DNA from: Lingula anatina
Lineage: Eukaryota > Animalia > Brachiopoda
Length of the DNA stretch: 64,000 nt
Assembly (NCBI GenBank): GCA_051362555.1
Contig: CM120645.1
Span: forward strand, 22,382,001-22,446,000
Reading direction: 5' to 3'
In this document: positions 13,378-25,788 of the stretch, in pieces
Numbering within the stretch: the stretch's first letter is position 1
Layout: each line of letters opens with the position of its first letter
Made by a program: the position numbers and the translations under genes
Notes under the pieces: generated by a model
What the model was told of the DNA's origin: nothing
What the model saw: only the letters and a program-made list of their open reading frames with translations
Databases searched by the model: none

Positions 13378-13757
13378 CCCAGCGGGCAAATTATGTTGTT
13401 TTAACGTTGAAACAACGTTGAACCATAATGTTTATAAGACGTTAGATAAACATTGGATTTGAAAGTTGGATCAACGTCAGATAACAACATTGTATCAACC
13501 CCAGTTGTTAGACAACATTCTTGCATGAAAAGACATTAAAATGTCCTGAATTTTTTATATTTGGTACAAAACACAGGTACACAATTATAATGAACACTGT
13601 AAAAACATCCAAGTGCTTGCTTTGTCTGATTTTTTTAACGCATTTAGCACCTAAGCATGGTACACTCCTTTAGCCTAGATGTATTTAGCAGTAGGACATT
13701 TTGGTGGCTAAATATATGTGGGGTACATATGTATGGCCTTTAAGTTAAAATTTCCAA

Positions 13758-13822
<65 letters not shown>

Positions 13823-14310
13823 TCACCTCAACCTGCCTATCTATAACAGGGTACCAAGAACTGTCAACTTTGTTAACTTCACTCAAACACACTTACAGCG
13901 ACTTATTCATCCTTGTGTTAGCTGACCTTGCATGGAAGTTTATTGGAATGTATTTCTATATTACAAGTTAAGAAAATTCACTAGTTCACTAAAGACACAA
14001 AACAAATGTCACTTTAACTTTAAAATACTCTTTTTATCATTTTGATAAAGTTAGTTACAGTATTGATAAACAAAGTATCACGTTTTCAATAATTAATATT
14101 TTAAATTACAATCCATGTCTTGCACCACGACGACCAAACAACAACGTTGAGTAAATGACCAAAATACAACGTTGAGTCAACGTCACATTATGACGGTGTT
14201 TTGACGTGGCTGGATCAACGTTGATTTTACGTTGAATTTAGGTAGATCAACGGCAATTCAACGTATCAACCTGTTTTCAACGTTGATCCAACGCCACTAT
14301 GCCTGCTGGG
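13378..14310. mobile_element. CCCAGC...GCTGGG non-autonomous DNA transposon with subterminal AACGTT repeats (EnSpm/CACTA-like ends)
   Basis: TIRs cccagcgggca / tgcctgctggg with many caacgttg motifs at both ends. Absent from the paralogous site near 1575. Contains an internal (TA)n. Confidence 0.75.
13762..13819. repeat. (TA)n microsatellite
   Basis: Direct reading. Confidence 0.95.
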
Positions 14311-16154
14311 ATACTGTTTCTTTACTATAAAAAGGTCTAAAGCTCGTTTTAACTGTAAACTGGGATTTATACTTGAAAAAAGTAAGCTTGTCCATTTCAT
14401 CGATTCATTTAAGCATTACTACAAATCTGTTTATAAAAATAAGGCTTTATGAAAATGTGAAAATACGTTGACATTATTTATTTTCACAAAAAAAAGCCAC
14501 TACACACTGTATCTCGAGCATGGGATGGTGTCACACTGTCCCGAAATTGACAGCAGATGGTCGTGCAAGTATTCTGAATTACGCCCTTCTAAGATAGCTC
14601 CGAACAGTCAACAATCAAAACAATTACTAGGTCTACTCTGTAAAGGTGCCCATGACTATTTATGGGAAGTAATTCTAATATCTGTACAATATATGTCATG
14701 TGTAACAGAGGTAATGTTCTGAACGCTAAACGCAGGTAATGACACTCCTTGTGGTGCCATTAGCATACCAATAAACTGTCTAAAGGGTGTAAACAACTAT
14801 GGGTGAGTTCCCAGTGAAACTGTTCGTACTGGGTAGTTTTATTATGACCGCACTCTATTACAAAATTAGGAGTGAAAGAGCACAGTTGCAAATTAATGCC
14901 CTGATTATATTTTTAATGTTTTTTTGAGTATTTTTTGATGTTTTGAAGTTTATAAAGTTGTTAATAAAGAAGTAGAGGATACAAAAACCGTGCAAATGAC
15001 AAACTCTGATAATTTTAAAAAGCAGCGTACCACTTGTTCTTAAAGCAGGTTACTTAATACTTTCTTCGAGTCAAAGTGCGTATAAAGTAGAAGGCTGCTG
15101 TCAAAACGTATATACTTCACCAAGAGAGTCATACTTCTGTCCAGTAGGCTATTTATATCCCGCACTGTATTATAATGTACTACTACAGAAATGCATAATA
15201 GATTTATTTACCTTTTTTCTACTTCAAATTCGATATCTTGTATTGCAAAATACAAAGATTTTCCGATATTATAGCTTTAGAAACTTGGAAATCCACAACT
15301 GGATCATGGCTTTTGATTTTGCGAGTAGTTTCTGGTACGGTATAAATTGGTCATTAACTGCATAGTATATATATAGAATATATACAAAGGACTTAAGTTG
15401 TTGATCCCTATACTGACAACTGAACATGATAATGCTATCTTATTCACTGTATTTGTTTTCATATTAAGCCTTCATACAGTGGACTTTAACAGCCCCTACC
15501 CTCTACCAGGGAGGCAGATATTATAGGGAAAATGACCAAAAGCCACCCTGTAAATTTTGGTCAGCTGTAAGCAATAAAATCTGCACTAGCGTAGATAGCA
15601 TTGTGCCCGCTCTGTAGGGAGCTATTAAAGGAGATTCCTCAGTTATATCCAATATGTATTAACAAGCTATTCAGAAGGGGCTATTTTTATCTGTCACAAA
15701 AGAAAAAATGATTTAAATCAGACCAATTAACTATCTTAATTGTTGTCAAAGAGACTTGCCCTGGGTCTGTTAAATGACAGCGCTTGAGATGTTATGCAGA
15801 CAATAACCAGCCATGTAATCAACCTGGAGATTTCAGCACAGAGTCAGATATAGTAAAATGACCGACCTTTTATCTGTGAATATCTTGTGAAAAATAATCT
15901 GTGCCCCTGGGTAAACAGCCCCAAAGTCAGGTTTCCAATCCAAGCATGAGACCTTGATTCAACGCAAAATAAGTCCATAGCATTAGCTTCCCGACACCAC
16001 TGCGATTAGCAAATACTGGCAAGTTCTATCAAAATGTGTGAAAGCTGCACCTGCAAGTCCCCTGTGGGTCTAATGTGTAAGGGCCCTTACTACATAATGA
16101 AATAAGTCTCCTGACGGTCTAAATATACATGCATCCATAATGTTATTAACTGGT

Positions 16155-16270
16155 GACGAAGTCAATGCAAAATGACAACATACGATGGTCAAACTTGAAG
16201 GAGTCTCCTGGCCAACCGTCACAGTAGATAATTGAGACATAGGCTACGACCTCTGCCAAAGAAGGTAGTA
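16155..16270 (-). pseudogene. C-terminal methyltransferase fragment just 3' of copy 6
   Basis: Encodes ...LAEVVAYVSIIYCDGWPGDSFKFDHRMLSFC..., closest to copy 5 (AEVGAYVSIIFCDGWSGDSSKFDHRMLSFC). Confidence 0.78.
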
Positions 16271-16283
16271 TGACAATTTAAGC

Positions 16284-17490
16284 CTAGACATTTTTAACTT
16301 TCTTTATAGTGATCAAATTAGTAGTATTTGTCGATCGCCACATTCCGTCCTCTTCTTGGGAAAGGCCGTACTTGCTGCCCTCTCTCTGGACGAAGTCGAT
16401 GAAAAATGATATATGACGATGGTCAAACTTGGGCGTGTCTCCTGTAAATCCTGTGAAGTACATGGTGAAGACATAGACTCCGACCTCTGCCAGAGATGGT
16501 AGCACAAAACCACAGCTCGCCTCAAGGTGCTGTACAGAAGCCGTAAAGGTTGGGCATGATTTGTCCAGGATATCTGCAATTTTTCCTTGATATAACAAAG
16601 ATCGCCCAGCCCCCTCTATCTTCCTGAGATTCACGACTTCTTTAGGAAAAAGAATCTCAAAACAACGCAGAGCGGTTTTCCAAATGAAGTCGTTTTCCCC
16701 TAAATCTAACTCTATAACCAACACCCCCGGGCTTGAGGATGGTATACATGGCAAAGACAGCTCGCTTGATGTCTTCATGAGGATCACAAGAATCATCCAA
16801 CCAATCTGAAACATGGTACATAGAATGTATGGACAGCATCCTATCTTGTAGTTGATGAGGATACGCTCCAACGGACTCCAATCATCCAACCAGCGTGTAA
16901 GATGATACATAGAATGTTTAGCTAGTACCCTGTCCTGTAATTCTTCAGGATACGCTCCAATGGACCTCAGCTCTTCCACAGACTTCCCGATATAATCCTG
17001 GAATCGTCCAGAGTAGGCCACATCTAAAGTGGCATTCTCCAATTTCTCAATGCATTTCTTGTAATTCTTCAGGGACTCTTTATGAGGTTCTTCCACGCTG
17101 ACGATGGCATTCTTGTTGAGGTCTCTAAGCCTTTTACAAATAGCTGACATTGGAGTTCCTGTACCTCCCCCAAAATCCATAATTCGGACTGGTGAAGAAA
17201 GTTCTGATAGGTTCAGGATGTTTTCACGTACGTTATCAAAGTCTGTTAAGCCGCGTTTCTTACCTTCTTCAACTCTGAAAAGTTAAGGAGTTGGAATACT
17301 TGATTAAAGAAAAGAGATTAACAAATGACGAATGGTGAATTGATTTATTATTGGAGTACACCTACACATTGTCGATAATGGTTACACATTTGTTTAAAGC
17401 TTCAGCGTTATCCAAGGAGCTGAACCCTTCTTCCAATCGACGCCGCATCTCCTGTTCATCTCGTTTTCTAGTCTGGTAGCTGACTGCCAT
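16284..17490 (-). CDS. HNMT-like methyltransferase copy 6, chimeric, with an internal duplication and compensating frameshifts
   Basis: Exon 1 at 17366-17490, exon 2 at 16284-17274 (991 nt = 904 + 89 - 2). The frame stays open, but ~53 codons (16722-16880) are read out of the ancestral frame. Confidence 0.7.
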
Positions 17491-19223
17491 CGGAAATACT
17501 GTGAACTGATTGATAATTCCTCCAAAATATGCTGGGTTACACACTTCAAAATTCAAGTTCAAACCCCTTTTATATCCTGAAACAATTTTCATTCCATGTA
17601 TTTCCTGTATTTTTGTGGTGGCACCTGCACGCAAGCGCAGTAAATGCTCCAGCGCAGTTGACCCACTTCACACTGACAACATGCCTCAAAACCTTTAAGG
17701 GACGGATGAGGTTTATACTCCCCAGAAGTATCATTCTACTATAACCATGTTTCAAAAATCTCAGTAGAAATTAAACACAATGCTTCATCGCAGTCGTACA
17801 TTACCACATTTGATTATATAACATTATTTTGTGTGACATATATTTGCAAGAGACATTGTGTATAAATAATTTCTTTACGTGATCTGCATTATAATACATT
17901 CTGTAAAATGTAATGCGGGTAACGTAACTGCTGCATAACTGGGGTTATGCGTTTAAGGTTCATAACAAGGGAGAATACAGCAACGCATACATATTACCAC
18001 TACCGGTTTCTTACACAACACAAATAAAACCCACGTGTCCAGCAAACAGTGCAACCTAACCTGATTGTGAAATAAAATCGTTCTAATGAAATAAGGTTCT
18101 GAATAGGTAATTAAGTGTCAAGTACTTACAATAAACATCCATTAGGAAAACAAAGCCCAAAACAGCACTGAAAGATTTTTTAAAGGTTGAATAGCCTGCT
18201 CATGCAGTAGCCAAAAAGGAGGAAGATGATGAGGATGTGCAGATGGTTTTCCTTATTTAACATAAAAAAATTACCTCCATAATTTGAAATGAAAGGAATT
18301 CCCCTTAAAGGGATAACAACTCTTTGTATGAGATTTATATTTGACAATAAATACATTGTAAACATCTCATGGAAATATAATAAATTTTATTTTACCACAA
18401 AAACGACAGCCTTTGCAATTATTCTGAAATCTGTACTTGTCATTAGATCACATGACCTCCATAGATGGCTATGCTCTGTAATGATCTCTTAAGAAGTCAT
18501 TAAAAAAACAAAAAACATGCTTTTTAGAAAAAAAACAGGGACCAACTTTGATCGTAAAAATGGATTCATTTACCTGTGGTAAGTATGGGAAAATTGTTCT
18601 TTACCCCAGGAATTTTTCTAATTTATTTATTTTTTTATTATTATTATTTATTTTATTTATTTATTTTTTATTTATTTTTTTATTTATTTATTTATCTTTT
18701 TTTTGCCAAAATGAACAGTTGTTATCCTTTTAACTTCATTCTGTCCACTACCCTGAGCCTAGCTTGCTCATTATACTTTTCCACGTGTGAGCTTTACAAA
18801 TACGGTATTACTGATGAGGGTAATACATAAAATCAAGAACGAGCTGGCAATACCGAAATTTAGAACCTAGGGTATCTGTTCACACGAATGGTTTCGAAAT
18901 TGAGAAAATCTCTTTTCATATCTCCCTCTTTTTAGAAATGTTAGTGGCTAAATTTCTTTTAAAGGGGTCCATTATATGACCAAATCAAGCAATAAATGTT
19001 GTGGGATCACTCATTGTGGAGGATAATTACATTTGAACAAGCTTCAGAGATTGTGGTGGAGCTGATCTTTTTCTTCCAACCTCATCTCTTTTTTACCTTC
19101 TTCTCTAGTCTGGTACAAGCTATCGGACAGAAAACAAAATATTCTAATTTTCGTTGAAATGCACTCAGATTTTACCTATCTGACATTGGCAAGTGAAGTG
19201 TTTTAACAAAAAGCAGCAATGGA

Positions 19224-19396
19224 CAGACCTTTAGTTACTGGGTCTCGGGGGGTTCAAAAGAATCCCCTTTTTGTCGGGAAAAGGTCACCTCTGGTAAAAT
19301 TTCATCTAGGTACACGAAGGTTTCATGATAATTAAATGGTCCATTTTTTTTTTCAGAAAAAGAGCCCCCTTTTTCAAATTGCTGGCTACAGGCCCG
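19224..19396. mobile_element. CAGG-ended MITE, paralogue of 4725-4888
   Basis: Lies within the duplicated block ~18740-19500, which matches ~4250-4990. Confidence 0.6.
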
Positions 19397-19551
19397 TTAG
19401 GTACCTTTTTCATAGTAAATTCAAACAACTCTTAGTACGAGATTCATGGTTCCAAATAAATACATATACATGGTAAACAAGACATAGATATTTAATAAAT
19501 TTCATTTTACCTCCAAAACAGCAGTTATTGTCATTATTCTGGAATGTGAGT

Positions 19552-20254
19552 AATATGGTACATAGATAGTATAGCAAGTACCCTATCCTGTAGGTCTTCA
19601 GGATACGCTCCAATGGACTTAATTCAGATCTTCCATGGACTTCCCGAAGTAATCCTGGAACCGTCCAGAATAACATTTTCCAGGTTCTCAACGCATTTCT
19701 TGTACTTCTCCAGGGACTCTTCATGAGGTTCTTCCACGCTGACGATGACATCTTTGTTTCCACTTGGAATGCACTTCCAAAGTTTTTGACATGACAAAAA
19801 CATACGGGATGTCACAAGAATGGGTAAAAATATTTAGAATGCACTCGGAATTTTTAGAATGCTCTTCCAATATCCAGGAGCGCACAAAGAATTGTCTTTC
19901 CGACGGCATTCTTGCTCATTCCGCCTCTAGTGTGACGGGGGTATAATATCCATAGTTTGGACAGGTGAAGGAAGTTCTGATAGGTTCAGAATGTTGTCAC
20001 GAATGTTATCAAAGTACGTTGAGCCCGGTTTCTTACCTTCTTCTACTCAGAAAAGTTAAGGAGTTGAAATACTTGATGAATGAAAACAGATTAATAAACA
20101 ACAAATGATTAATTGATTTATTATTGGAGTACACCAATTACCCCTTGTTAATAACAGCTACACATTTATGATAAGCTTCAGTTTTAGCCAATGAGCTGAA
20201 CTTTTCTATCTACGCTGCATCTCCTGTTCATCTCGTCTGATAGTTGGCTGCCAT
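19552..20254 (-). pseudogene. HNMT-like methyltransferase copy 7 (fragmented pseudogene)
   Basis: Exon 1 at ~20142-20254 carries deletions, the acceptor is mutated (CAG->CTG), motif I is replaced by a repeat fragment (19757-19944), and the gene is truncated after the HSMYH-equivalent. Confidence 0.8.
19757..19944 (-). mobile_element. Transposon-end fragment, inverted copy of 23106-23292
   Basis: Its reverse complement matches tacacccgtcacactggaggcggaatgagcaagaatgccgtcggaaagacaattc...gcattccaagtggaaa. Confidence 0.75.
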
Positions 20255-21516
20255 GGGAAATAATGTGTAATGTCCCAACTAACTTTCCCAAAATACAGGT
20301 ATGCTGAGATACACACTTTGAAATTCGAATTCAAACTCATTTTACTAACGTCTACTCAATTAAATAAATGAAATATTAAGACAACGTACCTCAAACGGCT
20401 TGCATTGTGGACGATGTCCTGAAACAATTTTTATTCCATGTATTTCCTGTATTTTTTTGGTGGCGCCCGCATGAAAACGCAGTACAGTAGACCTACTTCA
20501 CACTGACACTATACCTCAAACCACTTAAGGTATGAATGAGGTTATACTTCCCAGAAGTAGCATTGTACCATAACTATGCTTATCAAAATTTCAGTAGAAA
20601 TGAGACATTATGCTTCACCGCAGTAGTATATTACCACATTTCTATTCTGAGTGCAGCAGTTTCGAAGTAGCATGCGTTACGGACAGCCTGGTTTGATAGC
20701 TATAGGATAGCCGCTTTTCTACTGCTAATTTTCATGCCATCTTCATCCTGCTTCAAATCTGCTGCAAAAACATTGCGAATATTATCAATGAGTTTTTGAT
20801 TACTTAATTTCTAACTCATAGACTTTGTCATTACGTGGGCAAACAGGTTACTACTTCAAATCGGCTGCAAAAGTATTGAGAACATGATCAGCACGTTTCT
20901 TTGCATTTATTTACTACTAGGTGGACAATTTTGGGAGAACAAGTTACGTTTGTAACATGTAATGTAGTTAATATAACATTATAGGGGTTATGCGTTTTAA
21001 GATTTATAACAAGGGAGAAACGCAAACTGCCACTAAGAGTTTCTTACGCAACACAAATAAAACCCACATGTCCAACAAACGGTGCGGCCTAACCATTTTT
21101 TAAAAAAAAAAAACATCACTCTAATTAAATTAGGTTTTGAATAGGTAATTCAGTGGCAAATATTTACAATAAACAATCATTATGAAAACAAATCCCAAAA
21201 CAGCACAGAAGGATTTTAATAATATTTTAATGTTATTAAAATACTTTTCTCCTGTAGTACACAGAAAGGAGGAAGATTATTATGATGTGCTGATGGTTTT
21301 CCCTTATTAACAGTAAAATTTAACCTAAAAAAAATTGAAATTCCGTCTACACTTATACTAGTATCACACTTATTCTAGTATCATTTGTCACTAAACTATG
21401 TATTTAAGTTTATTGCATAACAAAATTAAGCAATATGTAGTTATACCCGGATATTAGTCAAACTGAATATACAATGACTATTTAGTTCATGTCGAGGCCG
21501 TGACACCATACGAGGG

Positions 21517-21640
21517 TTAAACTTTGACGTGTCTCCTGTTCGTTCTTTGCTGTACATAGTAAAGACATACAGGCTTCGGCCTCGGCCAGGGAAGGAAGCA
21601 TAAAACCACAGTACTCGTTTGCCTCCATTTGCTAGAAGGA
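21517..21640 (-). pseudogene. C-terminal methyltransferase fragment just 3' of copy 8
   Basis: gcaaatggaggcaaacgagtactgtggttttatgcttccttccctggccgag is paralogous to the fragment at 6013-6212. Confidence 0.7.
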
Positions 21641-21655
21641 AGTTGAGGAAGGGTA

Positions 21656-22809
21656 TTAAATCTGTTTTTCTTTCTTAATAGTAATAAAGTGTGTAACATT
21701 TAACAACCGCCACATTCCATCCCCTTCTTGGGAAAGGCCGTACTTGCTGCCTTCTCTCTGGACGAAGTTCATGCAGAATGACAACATACGATGGTCAAAT
21801 TTGGAGGTGTCTCCTGTCCGACCGTCAAAATAGGTAAAGAAGGATGAGACCCCTATCTCTGCAAGTGAAGGAAGCACAAAATCACACCTCCCCTCCTCGT
21901 GACTTATTGAAGCTTTAAATTTTGGAAATGATTCGTTCAGCATATTCACAATTTTGCCTTGAAATAGCAATGACCGCCTAGCCTCATCTATCTTCTTTAG
22001 ATTAATGACATCATTAGGAAAAAGAATTTCAAAACAGTGCACAGTGGTGTTCCACATAAAAGCATTGTCCCCACTATCCAACTGCATTAACATCATCCCC
22101 CCTGGCTTGAGGATGGAATACATGGCAAAGACAGCTCCCCTGATTTCTTCATACGGATCAGAGGAGGGATCAAACCACTTTGTGAGATGATACATAGATT
22201 GTATAGCAAGCACCCTGTCCTGCAATTCTTCGGGATACGCGCCAGTGGACTGCAGATCTTCCACGGACTTCCCGAAGTAATCCTGGAACCGCCCATAGTA
22301 GGCCACATCCAGAGTTGCATTATCCAAGTTCTCAATGCATTTCTTGTATTTCTGCAGGGACTCTTCATGAGGTTCTTCCACGCTGACGATGGCATCTTTG
22401 TTGAGTTCTTTAAGCCTTTTACATATGGCTGCCATTGGGGTTCCTATACCTCCCCCAAAATCCATAATTCGAACTGGTGAAGAAAGTTCTGTAAGCTTTA
22501 GACTGTTCATCCGAATGGTTGCCATATTGCGTGAATCTCTTTTCCTGCTTTCTTCTTTTCTGAAAAAAAAAGGTAAATGAGTTGAAATGTTTGCCGGATA
22601 AAAAGTTGTCCAAATGGAAAACAGAATTATGAGGAAATGAACAGCTAGATTACATGAATTGTCTAATCAATCATGCAGACTCACCCTTTGTTGACGATAA
22701 CTAAACATTTGTGATAAGCTTCAGAGACAGATAAGGTGCTGAACTCTTCTTCCAATCTAAGCCGCACCTCCTTTTCTCCTAGCTCTCTCGCCTGATACCT
22801 AGCTGCCAT
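21656..22809 (-). CDS. HNMT-like methyltransferase copy 8, intact, ~342 aa
   Basis: Exon 1 at 22685-22809, intron 22560-22684, exon 2 at 21656-22559 (904 nt) in frame. All motifs are present (DFGGGIG, EEP, QSMYH, LKPGG). Confidence 0.88.
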
Positions 22810-23105
22810 CGAAAATGATGCGTATTCTGTATGATAACGCCTCAGACTAGTGAAAGAATTTCAAATACTTGATGAAAGTAAAGAGTTAAAGCAACGTCAG
22901 ATGCCCGCTTAAAAGCTTAAGCTTATCGTTTAACCTAGGCAATACTTGAGTATATAACACTTATATAACGTGTTCTGTGACATATATGTTAGAGACCTTG
23001 TCTCATTAAGTGTATATTTCCATGCGTATAAATTGTGTTTTTACGTGATCTGCATTATAATACACTCTGTAACATGTAATGCGGGTAATGTAACATACTG
23101 TATAA

Positions 23106-23690
23106 TACACCCGTCACACTGGAGGCGGAATGAGCAAGAATGCCGTCGGAAAGACAATTCTTTGTGCGTTCCTGGATATTCGAAGAGCATTCTAAAAATT
23201 GAAAGTGCGTTCTAAATATTTTTACCCATTCTTGTGGCATCCAGAATGTTTTTGTCATGTCAAAAACTTTCGAAGTGCATTCCAAGTGGAAATTTATTTG
23301 GCATTTGAACAGTATACTAACTGCACTATGACTGCATTTTAAATATTCTCACGGCATTCCGACAGCATTCGAAAGATTCTGATCACATAAGAGGAATATT
23401 CGAACTGCCAAGTGACTTAAAGCCCCCGTCAAACTTATTCGAAATCTGTAGGAATCAAGCTGGAATTACTAAATTTAAAAATTCGTACCATATTCGGGAG
23501 GGAATTTCAAATTATCATAAAATATTACGGCTTTGTAAGAATGCCTCTGCAATACTAAGAATGCACATCGAACCTGCCTGGAATAATTCTTGCACATTCC
23601 AGGTATATTACCTCTCATCAGCAGCTCATCATCTGCAGCTCGAATGTAGTTGGAATACCGTAGGGATATTGTGATAATGAAAATGGTTAT
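23106..23690. mobile_element. GAAT/ATTC-rich DNA transposon remnant
   Basis: Begins tacacccgtcacact at a TA-rich site that is empty in the paralogous region near 4120. The right boundary is approximate. Confidence 0.5.
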
Positions 23691-24097
23691 GTTTTGAAGT
23701 ATGTTTTAACCTCAATGTCGAATAGACATTCTACCTAAGAAAGGTTCTAACGTATCAATTTATTATAAAATCAAAAACAAAATTAGCCAGTTCTAAACTT
23801 TTTAATGTTCTTATATGCTTTTTTCCTTCTTTTCCATAAATATAGTTTTTTTACGATATCAAGGTCTAACACTCGTTTTTACAGTAAAGTAGGATTAATA
23901 GTTGGCTTACAAAAAGTGATCTTGTCTGACGTTACAATTCATCCAAACACGATCCAGAACAGTCAATTCAAAGCAATTATTAGACCTGCTCTGTAAAGAT
24001 GCCAAGGTGTATTTATGGCAAATAATTCTTATAAATAATTCTTATATAAATATATATATATATGATCGAAATAAATAAATAAATAAATAACGACGTG

Positions 24098-24463
24098 TGT
24101 CAACCCCGACTCCGAGTCTCACGGGCATACCCAGAAAGTATTGTAGCGTTTTGACATGTGAAAATTTTTCTTTTAAAACTTTTCTCTGCTAGCAGCTGAG
24201 TTGACCTCTGACCTCTGACCAGAGCGCCTATAAATACAGGCAGTCAGTCTAGGGCTGGGAGCTGAGAGGTAGAGTTGGAAGCTGGAAGTCAGAGTGCTTT
24301 GTCAAGCAAGCGAGCTGTTAGCTGTTACTGTAGTGTTGGGCTGTCAGCCAGAGGGCAGCGCCACAAAGATTATAAAACAGAACCCTGTTTTGTTGGTGGC
24401 AGCGTTGTCATTCTTTAAAAGTAAAAGAACGGTACACTATGCCCGATCGTCAGGGGGTTTACA
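24098..24463 (+). mobile_element. Probable solo LTR
   Basis: TGT...ACA termini with inverted ends (tgtcaaccccgac / gtcagggggtttaca), a TATA box (cctataaata, ~24227) and a GC-richer composition than its flanks. No matching target-site duplication. Confidence 0.65.
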
Positions 24464-24653
24464 AAATATTATAATGAGTGACAGGTAACAATATACATAT
24501 TATTGGTTCTTATGTATAGAACTAAATGTAAGCATGCATGTTTTACACTGTTAACAGACGCATTATGTAAAGCTGACAACAAATTGTACTGATACATACA
24601 CCTGTTGTGTTTATAACACCGTGATGTAGATTGAAGGCTCGACGTTGTTATAT

Positions 24654-25788
24654 TCATGAAATAAAATAGTCTAACGCATTTTTTAATTTCTCAATAGTGA
24701 TAAAGTGTGTAACATTTGGCCACCGCCACATTCCATCCTTTTCTTGGGAAAGGCCATACCTGCTGCCTTCTCTCTGGACGAAGTCCATGCAAAATGACAA
24801 ATGACGAGGATCAAACTTGGGCGTGTCTCCTGTAAATCCTGCGAAGTACATGATGAAGACATAGGCTCCGACCTCCGCCAGTGATGGTAGCACATATCCA
24901 CAGCTCACCTCCATGTGCTGTATAGAAGCTGTGAAGGTTGGGAATGATTCGTTCAGGTCATCTGCAATTTTTCCTTCATATAACAAAGAACATCTAGCCC
25001 CCTTTATCTTCTTGAGGTTCACGACTTCTTTAGGAAAAGAATCTCAAAACAATGCAGAGCGGTTTTCCAAATGAAGTCGTTTTCCCCACCATCTAACTCT
25101 ATAACCATCATACCCCCCGGCTTGAGGATGGTATACATGGCAAAGACAGCTTGCCTGATGTCTTCATGAGGATCACAGGAATTATCCAACCAACTTGAAG
25201 CATGGTACATAGAATGTATGGCCAGTACTCGGTCTTGAAACTCTAAGGGATATGCACCAACTGACCTTAGATCTTCCACAGACTTCCCAAAGTAATCCTG
25301 GAACCGTCCAGAGTAGGCCACATCCAGAGTAGCATTCTCCAAGTTTTCAATGCATTTCTTGTACTTTTCTAAGGACTCTTCATAAGGTTCTTCCACGCTG
25401 ACGATGACATATTTGTTTAGGGCATGGAGTCTTTTACATATGGCCGACATTGGAGTTCCTGTACCTCCCCCAAAATCCATAATTCGAACAGGTGAAGGAA
25501 GATCTGATAGGTTCAGGATCTTGTCACGAATGGTATCAAAGTCCGTTAAGCACCGTCTCTCACCTTCTTCCACTCTGAAAAGTTAAGGAGTTGAAATACT
25601 TGATGAATGAAAAAACAGTAACAAATGATGCATGATTAATTGATTTATTATATGGGCACCTACCCATTGTTGATAATAGTTACACATTTGTTATAAGCTT
25701 CAGCATTAGCCAAGGAGCTGAACTTTTCTTCCAATCTACGACGCATCTCCTGTTCATCTCGTTTTCCTGTCAGAAAGCTGACTGCCAT
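24654..25788 (-). pseudogene. HNMT-like methyltransferase copy 9 (single 1-nt homopolymer frameshift)
   Basis: Exon 1 at 25664-25788, exon 2 from 25574. An A5->A4 change at ~25035 splits ORFs 25019-25573 and 24654-25022. Could be an assembly error. Confidence 0.72.

Noticed and set aside
13378-14310. Repeated AACGTT motifs as a CRISPR-like array
   Set aside because: Eukaryotic context with no regular repeat-spacer period. These are transposon subterminal repeats.
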